Origin: Promethearchaeota archaeon Loki_b31
GTDB lineage: Archaea; Asgardarchaeota; Lokiarchaeia; Sigyniarchaeales; SOKP01
DNA length: 46,657 nt
Assembly (NCBI GenBank): GCA_005222975.1
Contig: NJBI01000027.1
Location: 1 to 46,657 of the forward strand
Direction: 5' to 3'
Shown here: positions 1 through 9,944 of the stretch, in pieces
Numbering within the stretch: the stretch's first letter is position 1
How the letters are laid out: the number at the start of each line of letters is the position of its first letter
Position numbers and translations under genes: made by a program
Notes under the pieces: generated by a model
Databases searched by the model: none
Told to the model about the DNA's origin: nothing
What the model saw: only the letters and a program-made list of their open reading frames with translations

Positions 1-116
1 CTTCTAGGGATAGTATCAGATTTGTCATGCACGATCTAATAAAATGGAATTCAAAATTACAAGATTTAAAGCAAAAAGCCAACGAATTGATAAAATGGCT
101 ATTGATGAAAAATTAA
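1..116 (+). CDS. 3' end of an unidentified CDS entering from the left edge
   Basis: Frame 3 is open from the window start (SRDSIRFVMHDLIKWNSKLQDLKQKANELIKWLLMKN*), TAA at 114-116; too short to identify. Confidence 0.35.
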   Translation, partial: SRDSIRFVMHDLIKWNSKLQDLKQKANELIKWLLMKN

Positions 117-166
117 GAAAAAAAATATAAAAAAAATTTAAGATTTAATCTTATTCTTTATCAAAC

Positions 167-1492
167 TTAGCTTCTTAACTCGTAATCTAAAGGATCGATT
201 TTTCTAAAAATGAAGTAGCTTGCCAACAAACTGACAGCGCAGAAAGCAGAAACGAAGAAAAATATCATATAGAAGCTATTTGTAAACAAAACGAAAAGAG
301 CAAAAAGACCTGCACCGACAATTGTGCCTACAGTTTGACCCAAATTTGCTAGTGAAACTAATGTTGCAAAATATGTACTTTTAAGTTTAGGATAGTAATT
401 CTTTGATAAATCTCCGCGTACTGTTTGATTTACTACAGTTAAAGCGTTTTGAAGAGCACCTAGAAAGAACAGAAATATCATTCCAAATATTAACGGAACA
501 ATTTCGCCAGTTAATAATGCAAAAGGTATGACTAATATTAGAAACGATAGAATATATGTTAAGTAGATGTATGAAAGAGTCTTTTTACGGCTTCGGTCAC
601 CAAATTTGCCTGCAATAAGAGAACCAAAAACTATGCCAAACCCATTAACAAGGTAAAATATCGAACTCCACGCTTGTAAATCAACGGCACCCCCTCCAAC
701 AATCGTTAGTAACGTTTCACTGACATCGATAATGCCCATGGCAATTAACACAAGGTACATAAAGAAATTTAAAAGCATAACTGCTGGAATGCCTGCCAAG
801 AAAGTATACATAAAGACTTTCCAATTTCGCTTTTTTGTAACAATTGTCAATAAATCCAATCCAAATTCCTTCGATGACCTCTTTTCAAGAGGAGGTTCTT
901 TGACAAGGTAGGGAAAGACGCTAGATAAAATCACTAAAACTCCCGTTATGATAAATAAGACGGGTACAATATTTAAAGCTAAAAAAACCAATGCTAAAAG
1001 CATTCCTCCCGCACCGTAACCTAAAAACATCATAGTCCAAGTATATCCTTGAACTCGTGCTAACTTTTCTTTAGGTGTAACATCGAGAATTAAACCGTCT
1101 AAGGCGGTATCTGCAAAAGCCATTCCTAATTGCGTCATAAAGTAATATATTGTCAACCAAAGATAAATCTCATTAACAGGTAGATAAAATGCCATTGCGA
1201 TCCACCAAACACCTCCAAAGACACCAAAACTAAGTATCCACGGGAATCGTTGACCATACTTTTTAGAACCCCATCTATCGTTGAATACTCCCACAATCAT
1301 TTTAATTGTCCAAGGTAAGCTCCCTATTGATAAAATGACTAACCATATAGCAATATCATACGACCCACCTAATGTATGTGCTAAGTACTGAGGAAAGAAC
1401 AGAAATGGAATTCCTTGAGAAAAACCTTCACAGAGATAAAAGAAGACAAAAATGTACGTGTATTTTTTACTATAATTAACATCTGAATTCAT
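167..1492 (-). CDS. MFS transporter (AmpG/BT1-like)
   Basis: 441 aa, about 12 hydrophobic helices; motifs 'LPWTIK..VG..NDRWG', 'R.PWI', 'DTALDG..LD', 'GKFGDRSR'. Confidence 0.85.
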   Translation of the reverse strand: MNSDVNYSKKYTYIFVFFYLCEGFSQGIPFLFFPQYLAHTLGGSYDIAIWLVILSIGSLPWTIKMIVGVFNDRWGSKKYGQRFPWILSFGVFGGVWWIAMAFYLPVNEIYLWLTIYYFMTQLGMAFADTALDGLILDVTPKEKLARVQGYTWTMMFLGYGAGGMLLALVFLALNIVPVLFIITGVLVILSSVFPYLVKEPPLEKRSSKEFGLDLLTIVTKKRNWKVFMYTFLAGIPAVMLLNFFMYLVLIAMGIIDVSETLLTIVGGGAVDLQAWSSIFYLVNGFGIVFGSLIAGKFGDRSRKKTLSYIYLTYILSFLILVIPFALLTGEIVPLIFGMIFLFFLGALQNALTVVNQTVRGDLSKNYYPKLKSTYFATLVSLANLGQTVGTIVGAGLFALFVLFTNSFYMIFFFVSAFCAVSLLASYFIFRKIDPLDYELRS

Positions 1493-1653
1493 AAAAAATC
1501 TTATGTTTTTTTTCTATTTAAATGTTTAGAGTATAAAAAGGAGTTTTATATGTCTATTTAATTAGTTTTACGTAGTTGAAATGTATTTAAACAAAATAAA
1601 TTCACAAAATAAATATTATTAAAATGTTTTATTAAAACTAATAAATAGAAGAT

Positions 1654-2094
1654 TTGTCGAAATTGAAAGACAATTTAATCAAAAAGCTTCTGAAAGTTAA
1701 GGATAGCACTAGCGTAAAAGTACGGTTTAACGATACAGATGCGATGGGAATTGTCCATTTTAAAAATTATATAGTTTATTTTGACGATGGATTTGTTAGT
1801 TTTATGAATAGCCTTTTATCTCCAAAAAGGATAGAGGATACTGTCCATGAAGGGACTGTTTTTGGGGTTAAAAAAGTGGAGATAACCTACCAAGGTTCAG
1901 CTAAGTTTGGCGATTATGTTATAGTCGAAACTCAGATAAAAAAAATAGGAACATCGTCTATTACCTTTCAACACGAGCTTTTTAGAGAATCGGATAAAAC
2001 TCTAATAGCTAGTGTAGAATGCGTGAGATTAGCAATGGAACTTAAAACAAATAGATTGCTCAATGTGGTTGATTTTTTTGCTAATTATTTATGA
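1654..2094 (+). CDS. Acyl-CoA thioesterase, 4HBT/YbgC hotdog-fold family
   Basis: VRFNDTDAMGIVHFKNY motif and 'IGTSSITF'; TTG start. Confidence 0.88.
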   Translation: MSKLKDNLIKKLLKVKDSTSVKVRFNDTDAMGIVHFKNYIVYFDDGFVSFMNSLLSPKRIEDTVHEGTVFGVKKVEITYQGSAKFGDYVIVETQIKKIGTSSITFQHELFRESDKTLIASVECVRLAMELKTNRLLNVVDFFANYL

Positions 2095-2138
2095 TTTCCA
2101 TCAATTATTCTGTAATTATTAATTGTAAAGAAAAAGTA

Positions 2139-3233
2139 TTAAGAAGTTGAAACTTTAGGAGCAGGAATAAACACTTTCCTAAGTCCTGTCCGTTGTAGTT
2201 CTATAGCATCTTCGGGACAATTATTAGCGCACACTCCACAGCCAATACATCTTTCTTCGTTAACGATAGCAGTAGCTTCTTCTAAATCAATTGCATCCAT
2301 TGGACATAATTCTAAACACGTACCGCATCCAACGCAATCGATTTCACTAACATGTGCGATATAAGAAGTATAAGTATGAGTAGGGGAAGCGCCATTATAA
2401 AATGCTTGAAGGTTCTGGCAGCAACAACGGCAACAGTTACAAATTGCGAGCTCTTCCATAAATGGATCTCCTTTTACATGAAAAGTTTTATGAATTAACC
2501 CTAAATCTTCTGCTTCCTTTAATATCTTTAAAGCCTCTTCCTTAGAGATTTTTTTAGCAAAACTTTGATCGATTGCAAATTTAGCAGTTCTGCCAAAACT
2601 TAAACAGTTCTGCCGTGGCGCATTAATTTTACAAGGATCGTCTAGTAAATCTTTAAAGTGCCTGCAATAACAATGTGAAACGCCAATAATATCGTATTTT
2701 TCTATGATTTTTCTTACTTCTTCTTCGGGTAACGTTAATTCTTCGTGTGGTTCTATTTGTTGTTCAATAGGGATCACCCTATCGATAGGAGGTGCGTTTT
2801 TAAACGCGTTCATTACAATATCATAGTTTTTTCGAGTTACTTCTGCTTCATCTTTAAACAACTGTTCCCATAGTTTCGCCAGTTTCTTTTGTTTTGCTCC
2901 CGTTTCACCTCGCATGAGAGTAAATTCCAATAATCCCGGTAGAAAAGCCACTAAACGATAAACCATCACACCAGTAGTCCTACTGGGTATAGCCGTTATC
3001 ATTCCGATGTGCATTAACTCATTTAGCATTATGTTTAATGATGCTTCATCTAAATCAAATTTCGATTTAATTTGGTCCCGATTAAGAGATTTTCGAAACT
3101 TTAAAAGAAATTTTAATTGTTCTTCGTTTATCAATGTCTTTAACAATTCGATAAGGGTGTCATTAATGGGTACAGGTGGACCTCCTGTTTTTAAAATATT
3201 TCTTGCAAGTTGATGCCATAATTTATCAGTCAT
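2139..3233 (-). CDS. Fe-S protein with Cys-rich core and C-terminal 2x[4Fe-4S] dicluster domain
   Basis: HCYCRH, NCLSFG, ICNCCRCCC, then CVGCGTCLELCP and CIGCGVCANNCP. Confidence 0.88.
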   Translation of the reverse strand: MTDKLWHQLARNILKTGGPPVPINDTLIELLKTLINEEQLKFLLKFRKSLNRDQIKSKFDLDEASLNIMLNELMHIGMITAIPSRTTGVMVYRLVAFLPGLLEFTLMRGETGAKQKKLAKLWEQLFKDEAEVTRKNYDIVMNAFKNAPPIDRVIPIEQQIEPHEELTLPEEEVRKIIEKYDIIGVSHCYCRHFKDLLDDPCKINAPRQNCLSFGRTAKFAIDQSFAKKISKEEALKILKEAEDLGLIHKTFHVKGDPFMEELAICNCCRCCCQNLQAFYNGASPTHTYTSYIAHVSEIDCVGCGTCLELCPMDAIDLEEATAIVNEERCIGCGVCANNCPEDAIELQRTGLRKVFIPAPKVSTS

Positions 3234-3248
3234 CCAATATCCCTCATT

Positions 3249-4358
3249 TTAAGTTGTTTTTATCCTTGGAGGCGGAACAAAAACCTCTCTATTTCCAGTT
3301 CTTTCTAATTCCATTGCGTCTTCAGGACAATGATGAACACATACACCACACCCTATACATCTATTTTCGTTAACAACAGCAATAGCATCTTCCAATTCAA
3401 TTGCCTCCATTGGACATTTCTCTACACATGTTCCGCAACCTATGCATATATCATCAATCACTTTTGCTAAATAACTAGTATAGCAATGGTATGGCATACA
3501 GCCGTTCCAAAATAAAGAGAATATACCACAACAACATTTACAACAATTACAAATAGCTTCTTCATCTAATTCTGGTTTGAGGTGAGTATGGAACGCTTTA
3601 TGGACGAGTCCTTCGTCTGATGCCTTATTAATTATTTTTATTACTTCTTCCTTTGAAATTTGGTTTCCAAAGTTATGTTCTATCGCAAATTGTGCGCTTT
3701 TTCCTAATAATAAGCAGTTCAATCTTTCATTTGTAACTTTACAAGAGTCCTCTAATAGATCTTTCTCATGTCGACAATAGCAATGAACGAGAGCAATATT
3801 GTCGTATTTATTTACTATTTTTGATGCTTCTTCATACGGTAGGATTTTATCAACTGGAACATCCTCAATTTCTTCCTCAACGGGTACGACTCTTGTAATA
3901 GGTGGAAATTTTTTAAACTGAGGGACTATGTGATCGTAGTTTCTTTGAGTTCCTTCACTCATTATTTCAAACATTTTGTTAAAAAGGTGCGCCAGTTTTT
4001 TTTGTTTTTCTCCTGTTTCGCCTCTCGTAAATTGCATTTCAAATAGACCAGGAAAGGGGCCCAGCAGCCTATATACCATTATTCCCGTTCTCCTGCTTGG
4101 AACGCCTACTACGACTCCGTTATCCATTAATTCGTTTAAAGTCTGGTTTAGGACCTCGTCCCTTAGATTTGTTTTTTCTCTTATCTCATCTATACTAAGA
4201 GAAGGTTTTTTAAAGATTGCAATGAAATTTGCTTGTTCTTCAGTCATTATTAGTTGTAGCAATTCAAGAAGAGTATCATTAACAGCCATAGGAAGTTGTC
4301 CAGCTTTAACAATCGTTCGCGCCGCTTTATACCAAATTTTCTTACGATCTTTAACCAT
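3249..4358 (-). CDS. Fe-S protein with 2x[4Fe-4S] dicluster domain, tandem paralog of 2139-3233
   Basis: HCYCRH, NCLLLG, ICNCCKCCC, CIGCGTCVEKCP, CIGCGVCVHHCP; collinear similarity to the neighbour (e.g. RGETG.KQKKLA). Confidence 0.88.
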   Translation of the reverse strand: MVKDRKKIWYKAARTIVKAGQLPMAVNDTLLELLQLIMTEEQANFIAIFKKPSLSIDEIREKTNLRDEVLNQTLNELMDNGVVVGVPSRRTGIMVYRLLGPFPGLFEMQFTRGETGEKQKKLAHLFNKMFEIMSEGTQRNYDHIVPQFKKFPPITRVVPVEEEIEDVPVDKILPYEEASKIVNKYDNIALVHCYCRHEKDLLEDSCKVTNERLNCLLLGKSAQFAIEHNFGNQISKEEVIKIINKASDEGLVHKAFHTHLKPELDEEAICNCCKCCCGIFSLFWNGCMPYHCYTSYLAKVIDDICIGCGTCVEKCPMEAIELEDAIAVVNENRCIGCGVCVHHCPEDAMELERTGNREVFVPPPRIKTT

Positions 4359-4481
4359 TTTTTATAATCCCCTTAGTAATACCTAATACTAATTAAACAG
4401 ATTGTAAAATGCTTAATTTAATTAAAATTAATTGTTATGTTATAAAAAGATTATTTTTTAAACTAGCGATATTAGCAATTA

Positions 4482-4907
4482 TTAAAGCGGTTCTCTTACT
4501 AAATAATAAATCTTTTCAGATTCGCATTTTGGACAATTTGTCTTGCGTTCTTGCGAGGCTAGTTCATCTTCCCACTCTTCATTACAATTTAGGCACCCAT
4601 AGCCCTTAAAACCCTGTTTAAAATTAATATTCCCCCCATAAACACGTATATCTTTTCCTTCAATAAGAGCTTGAGTGATTTTTTGATGAGCTTTATCCAA
4701 AATCCTAGAAAATGTTGGTTGAGATACACCCATTTTTTCTGCAGATTCCTTTTGATTCAAGGAAATATAATGCTTCAATCGCATTGCTTCGAATTCTGCG
4801 ACCGTTAAACCAACAAAATCCACTAATAATGGGTCTCTTCTCTCAGATTGGAAGTAAAAATTATTTGGCGTACTTTTTACCTGTCTCATCCTTGTACGAC
4901 GACCCAT
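4482..4907 (-). CDS. DUF134 family HTH protein with C-terminal zinc ribbon
   Basis: MGR..R.R start, 'EFEAMRL', 'QKESAEKMGVSQPTFSRIL..AH.KI..AL.EGK.I...GG', CxxC and CPxC. Confidence 0.9.
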   Translation of the reverse strand: MGRRTRMRQVKSTPNNFYFQSERRDPLLVDFVGLTVAEFEAMRLKHYISLNQKESAEKMGVSQPTFSRILDKAHQKITQALIEGKDIRVYGGNINFKQGFKGYGCLNCNEEWEDELASQERKTNCPKCESEKIYYLVREPL

Positions 4908-5051
4908 TTTAACACAACACTATTATTATTAAAATTTTTAATAATTATTCGCAATTGATATATTTATTTATGAAAAATATTCATTTTAAATATTGGGTTA
5001 TACAATATAAAATACAATAACTGTATTTATCAAAAAAATTTGGATGATCAA

Positions 5052-6395
5052 ATGGCGACAAGCGAAAATGAATATAAATTGATTTATACAGGTATTTTTT
5101 CTTCTTTATATTTTACTCAAGGAGTTACTCAGAGTATATTTACTGTAATTGTACCCGTATATCTGTTAAAAAAGCTTGGTACAATTGACACGGCGGCTCT
5201 TTCGTTCATGTTTTCCATTATTTTAACGCCTTTTATTCTTAAATTGATATATGGCTTATTAAGCGATAGATTTGGTTCGAAAAAACTTGGTAGAAGGAAA
5301 CCATGGATATTAGGTTCCACCAGTTTTACAGGAATTATGTGGATAATATTATCATTATTAATTCCCTTTTTACTTGATTCAAATCCTTAAGGAATTCTTG
5401 GTTATATAACTTTACTTGGTTTTATAATAATTTTAGGAGTAGCGATTTCGGATACCGCAATGGACGGATTTATTCTTGATATTTGTCCTAAAGATAAATT
5501 AGGGCGTACTATAGGAACAGTTTGGGCATTTAGATCTGTGGGAATAATAATTGGAGGTCCTTTAATTTTGGTCATTATTCAATTTATACAATTTGAATTA
5601 ACCCTAATTGTAATCAGTATCCTTACAATTCTATTTGGGCTTTTAACTCTGAAAATACCACACACAACTATTACTGAAAAAGTAAGATTGGGAAAAAATC
5701 TTAAATCAATGTTTAAGAGGGGCGAAAACTGGAAGCTGTTTGGGTTTTCGTTTTTTATGGCAATTGTAAGTGGTGTTATATTTACAATGATTTCACTATA
5801 CGTATTAGTACAAGCGGGCGTTGTTGCCGGTGAAGGCGCTACCCTTGATTTGTTAGAAGAAGATATAAGCCTATACAGCCCTCAGGCTATAATAACTTTA
5901 ATTATCGGATTAGGGGTTATTATAGGCGCGTTTGTAGGAGGTTCAATTGCAGATCGCAAAACAAGAAGGTTATCCGTTTTTCTAGCACTTTCATTAGGAA
6001 CGATTGCTCTTTTGTTGCAGCTAATTCCTACTGAATGGTTCATTTTACTAGTTTTTACTTTTATTATTGGAGCTTCGAGTGGTTGGAACAATTCAAGTTT
6101 TTCGGCTGTAGCAAGTGAATATTCAAAGCAATATCCTGAAGCAACAAGTACATTTTATTCTATTTGCACATCTTTTGCCAATTTAGGCATACAAACAGGG
6201 TTAATTCTTACCGGAATAGTGTTTAGCACTTTATCTAGTACGGTAACAGATATTAGGAATATTTTTGGAGTTGTCTTTATCCTGATGATATTCCTTCTTA
6301 ATCTTGCGTTAATTCCTTTCTTATTAATGGATCGCAAACAATATGAGTATAAGTTAAATAAAGGAGAACAAATACCATCTACCCAAAAATCATAA
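5052..6395 (+). pseudogene. MFS transporter (paralog of 167-1492) interrupted by one in-frame TAA at 5388-5390
   Basis: ORFs 5040-5390 and 5460-6395 are in the same frame; the linker reads DSNP*GILGYITLLGFIIILGVAISDTAMDG and matches the paralog's LGMAFADTALDG; likely ATG at 5052. Confidence 0.75.
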
Positions 6396-6543
6396 AAACT
6401 TAAATTTTATGTTATGTTATTTTGATATTTTTATTTAATTTCTTCTTTATCTAATAATTAGTTCAATATTTGTAAATTCTTTTCATAAGATTTTTAACTT
6501 TTTATAAATGAAGTAATACAAATTTTAATTCTCTAAAATTTAT

Positions 6544-7734
6544 GTGGTGTTTAAAATTAATATAAAATATGCTAATAGAATTAACAGATTACCGCCGTAT
6601 ATTTTCGTTGAAATTGAAGAATTGAAAAATGAAAAAGAAAGGCAAGGAATTGACTTAATATCATTAGGCATCGGAGATCCAGATTTAACGACTCCAGATT
6701 TAATTCTTAACGAAATGATTAAACAAGTACGATATCCAGAAAATCAAAATTATCCAACTAGTATGGGTGAACAAGATTTTAGAGAGGCAGTTCAGAGATG
6801 GTATAAAGTAAGATTCAATATAGAATTTGATGCGGATAATGAGGTAAGTAATTTAATTGGGGGAAAAGAAGGTATAGCCAATATAGCAAGAGCTTTTGTT
6901 AACCCGGGAGATATTGTGTTGTGTCCTAGCCCGGGATATCCTGTTTATGAAAACGGTGCTACAAAATTATGCGATGGAGAACCATATCTAGTACCGTTAT
7001 TAGAAGAAAATAACTTTCTACCGGAATTTGAAACCATTGATACTAGTATTCTTAAAAAAGCTAAATTGATGTATTTGAATTACCCCAATAATCCAACTGG
7101 AGCTACTGCACCTAAAGCGTTTTTAAAAAAAGCAGTTGACTACGCTGAAGATTATAATTTTATTATTGTTTATGACAATCCTTATTCTGAGTTCACTTTT
7201 GAAGATTATATTGCCCCCTCTCTCTTACAAATAAACCAAAATCACATAGAACTTAATAGTGCGTCAAAAATGTTTTGTATGACGGGATTTAGGTGTGGTT
7301 GGGCAGTTGGACATGAAGATATAATTAAGGGAATTAGAAAAGTAAAATCTCAAATTGATTCTGGAAGTCCAAGGTTTATTCAAAAAGCTGTTATTAAAGG
7401 TTTGAGCGAATACACATCTGAAAAAAAGCCCAAAATTGTAAAAGAAATTATAAAAACATATGAAAGAAGGCGAGATGCGTTAATAAAGGGTCTCAATGGA
7501 ATAGGATGGAAAACTGAAAAACCAAAAGCAACTTTTTATGTATGGTCTCATATACCTGAAGAAGAAACTAATAGTATGGATTTCGTAAAGAAATTGATAG
7601 ATATTGGAGTAGTTCTCACTCCTGGAGCAGGATTTGGTAAGTTTGGAGAAGGTTTTGTAAGATTTGCATTAACTCAACCAATCGATAAAATAAAAGAAGC
7701 TTTAGAAAGAATAGAAAAAATAATTAATTATTAA
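6544..7734 (+). CDS. dapL: PLP-dependent class I/II aminotransferase, LL-diaminopimelate aminotransferase-like
   Basis: RLPPYIF, ISLGIGDPD, LIGGKEG, LNYPNNPTGA, SASK..CMTGFRCG (PLP lysine), PGAGFG..GEGFVRF; exact substrate specificity is inferred. Confidence 0.75.
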   Translation: MVFKINIKYANRINRLPPYIFVEIEELKNEKERQGIDLISLGIGDPDLTTPDLILNEMIKQVRYPENQNYPTSMGEQDFREAVQRWYKVRFNIEFDADNEVSNLIGGKEGIANIARAFVNPGDIVLCPSPGYPVYENGATKLCDGEPYLVPLLEENNFLPEFETIDTSILKKAKLMYLNYPNNPTGATAPKAFLKKAVDYAEDYNFIIVYDNPYSEFTFEDYIAPSLLQINQNHIELNSASKMFCMTGFRCGWAVGHEDIIKGIRKVKSQIDSGSPRFIQKAVIKGLSEYTSEKKPKIVKEIIKTYERRRDALIKGLNGIGWKTEKPKATFYVWSHIPEEETNSMDFVKKLIDIGVVLTPGAGFGKFGEGFVRFALTQPIDKIKEALERIEKIINY

Positions 7735-7752
7735 TTAAAAAAGAATTAAAAG

Positions 7753-7929
7753 TTATTTAGATAAATTTTGATATTTTTTTCTCAGATAAGCCATTCTTTT
7801 CTGATCTTCGCTTTCAATTACACCAGGATAGGCATCTGAGATATCAAGCATCATCATGAGGGGGGCATTATCAGAATTCCAATCTTTATAATACTCTAAT
7901 ATCATTTCAGGTTCTATTTTTCCGGCCAT
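7753..7929 (-). CDS. Small hypothetical protein (58 aa), not in the ORF track
   Basis: MAGKIEPEMILEYYKDWNSDNAPLMMMLDISDAYPGVIESEDQKRMAYLRKKYQNLSK*, preceded by a perfect GGAGGTGA Shine-Dalgarno. Confidence 0.65.
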   Translation of the reverse strand: MAGKIEPEMILEYYKDWNSDNAPLMMMLDISDAYPGVIESEDQKRMAYLRKKYQNLSK

Positions 7930-7938
7930 TTCTTTTTT

Positions 7939-7946
7939 TCACCTCC
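7939..7946 (-). promoter_or_regulatory. Shine-Dalgarno sequence GGAGGTGA
   Basis: + strand tcacctcc, 9 nt upstream of the ATG at 7929. Confidence 0.7.
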
Positions 7947-8014
7947 TTTTTATAATTTAAATTTTTACGCAGAAAATTAAACCCCCATTCCACCTTTTTC
8001 TAAAAAATTGAGAA

Positions 8015-8093
8015 AGTATTACACTAAGAGAATAAATCCAAACAATTCAAAAGAAAAAGAGTAAGAAAAAGGATTTATTCTCTTCATAATACT
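8015..8093. repeat. Long inverted repeat / stem-loop
   Basis: AAGAGAATAAATCC (8026-8039) pairs perfectly with GGATTTATTCTCTT (8071-8084), extended by AGTATTA (8015-8021) / TAATACT (8087-8093). Confidence 0.8.
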
Positions 8094-8352
8094 GTAACAG
8101 TGGGAATAATGGCTCTCTTGCAGCCAGCCCATGTACTAGTATTATGTCGTGAAAAATTCATTATTATAAGAATAAAACGAGTGTACACTAATAAATATTG
8201 TGGGTTTTTTTTCCCATCTGTTTTGATATAAAGGTTTTGCTTTGTCATTTTTGTCAAGAGCAAGATATCATAATTCTTTAAATCAATTGAACCCTAAATT
8301 AATTTATAAGAATAAAATGGATATTCTTAATTTTAATTATAAATTGAGACCG

Positions 8353-9672
8353 ATGGATAAAAAAATTGTACTAGTAGGCGCGGGTAGTACCTCATTCGGG
8401 CCTTCTACTTTCTTAGATCTTTATCAAAGCGATATTCTAAGCGGATCAACCGTTGTATTACACGATATCAATAAGGAACATTTAGAAATCATTTTTGAGT
8501 TAATTGAAGCTGAAAATAAGATCCATAATAATAAATTCAATGTTGAACACACCACAAACCGTAAAAAAGCTTTGAAAGGAGCAGATTTCGTTATTAGTTC
8601 TATTGAAGTTGGAGATCGTTTTAAATTGTGGAGAGAAGATTACGAAATCCCTAGAAAGTATGGGTCTACTCAGATATTAGGAGAATGTGGTGGCCCTGGA
8701 GGGACTATGCATGCTTTTAGGATTATTCCTCCAATAGTAGAAATTGTGAAAGACGTTGAGGAAATATGTCCCGCTGCGTTTTTCATAAACTTTTCAAATC
8801 CTATGGCTAGAGTATGCTTAGCAATCAAAAGAACGGCTCCAAATCTTAAATTTGTAGGACTTTGCCATCAAATCGGATTTCTTAATTATCACATACCTAG
8901 AATGGTGAAAAAGAAATTGGATAATTTAAAGTTAAAGCCGTATGGATTAAATCATTTTGGGTTTTTAATGGGGCTCGAGGAGTTAGCTAGCGGAAAAGAT
9001 TTAATGCCAGAATTTAATAGTAAGGCAAGTGAGTACTTTAAACAGCGCGAAGACAGGTTTGAATTTTCTAACTTAACTTTTGAGGTTTATAAAAGATTTA
9101 GCTATTTTCCCTATGTGGGTGATAATCATCTCGGTGAATATTTACAATTCGGAGGAGAATTCACTGAAACGCAAGATATGATCGATTGGATTGATAATAC
9201 TGATAAACACGGTAAAAGGATTAATAGACGCGTTCTAAGGCACTACAAACGCCTTAAAGAAGGGAGGTATCTTAAGAAAGGAATGCTCGCTAAGGGACAT
9301 TCTGGAGAAAGAGCAATCCCTATTATTGAAGCAATAATTACCGATGAAAATACTTATGAGAGCGCTGTAAACGTTCCAAATGACGGGATCATTGAAAATT
9401 TACCTCAAGACCTCGTTGTCGAATGTCCAGTTACGGTGGATAAAGATGGCGTACATGGTGTCAAATGGGGGATGTTGCCAAAAAACATTGCTGCAATACT
9501 TAGAATTGAAGCGACTATTCAAGATTTATGCGTTGAAGCCATTTTAAAGAAGTCAAAAGATATCGCAATAGCAAGCTTAGCTGTTGATCCAAATGTGGGA
9601 AGTTTTGAAATTGCGGAAAAAATCTTTACCGAAATAAAATCTAACAGTAATTACTATGATTATTTTAAATAA
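8353..9672 (+). CDS. Glycoside hydrolase family 4 (NAD+-dependent alpha-galactosidase/alpha-glucosidase)
   Basis: KIVLVGAGS Rossmann start, ALKGADFV, GECGGPGG, INFSNP, GLCH, GLNHF, VNVPNDG.I.NLP; ATG 8353 is more plausible than TTG 8242. Confidence 0.9.
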   Translation: MDKKIVLVGAGSTSFGPSTFLDLYQSDILSGSTVVLHDINKEHLEIIFELIEAENKIHNNKFNVEHTTNRKKALKGADFVISSIEVGDRFKLWREDYEIPRKYGSTQILGECGGPGGTMHAFRIIPPIVEIVKDVEEICPAAFFINFSNPMARVCLAIKRTAPNLKFVGLCHQIGFLNYHIPRMVKKKLDNLKLKPYGLNHFGFLMGLEELASGKDLMPEFNSKASEYFKQREDRFEFSNLTFEVYKRFSYFPYVGDNHLGEYLQFGGEFTETQDMIDWIDNTDKHGKRINRRVLRHYKRLKEGRYLKKGMLAKGHSGERAIPIIEAIITDENTYESAVNVPNDGIIENLPQDLVVECPVTVDKDGVHGVKWGMLPKNIAAILRIEATIQDLCVEAILKKSKDIAIASLAVDPNVGSFEIAEKIFTEIKSNSNYYDYFK

Positions 9673-9944
9673 TCAAGCGAAAAAATTGACTCAGTCTATT
9701 AAACAACATCGAAGTGAAACATACAAATTTTACTAATTATTCTTCCTTAAAGCTGTAATTTCATAACCAAAATTTTTTGTTTCATATAATGGTGCTAGAG
9801 CGTGAGACACAGGAATATCAAAAAGTCTATAGGTTGAAAAATTACAGTTATACACAAATTCTTAGAGCTTTACGAGTAAAATGCAGAATTTACCGGTAAA
9901 TTATATCAATACATTTTTTTATGAGTATCACCTTATGTTAGCTC

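Noticed and set aside
8015-8093. SECIS element (AUGA at the base of a long stem on the - strand)
   Set aside because: No GA on the 3' side to form the kink-turn core, no apical AA motif, and no in-frame UGA gene nearby.
8130-8160. IS630 end remnant (ACTAGTACAT shared with 46418-46427)
   Set aside because: Only a 10-nt match in AT-rich DNA, with no transposase remnant or paired end.
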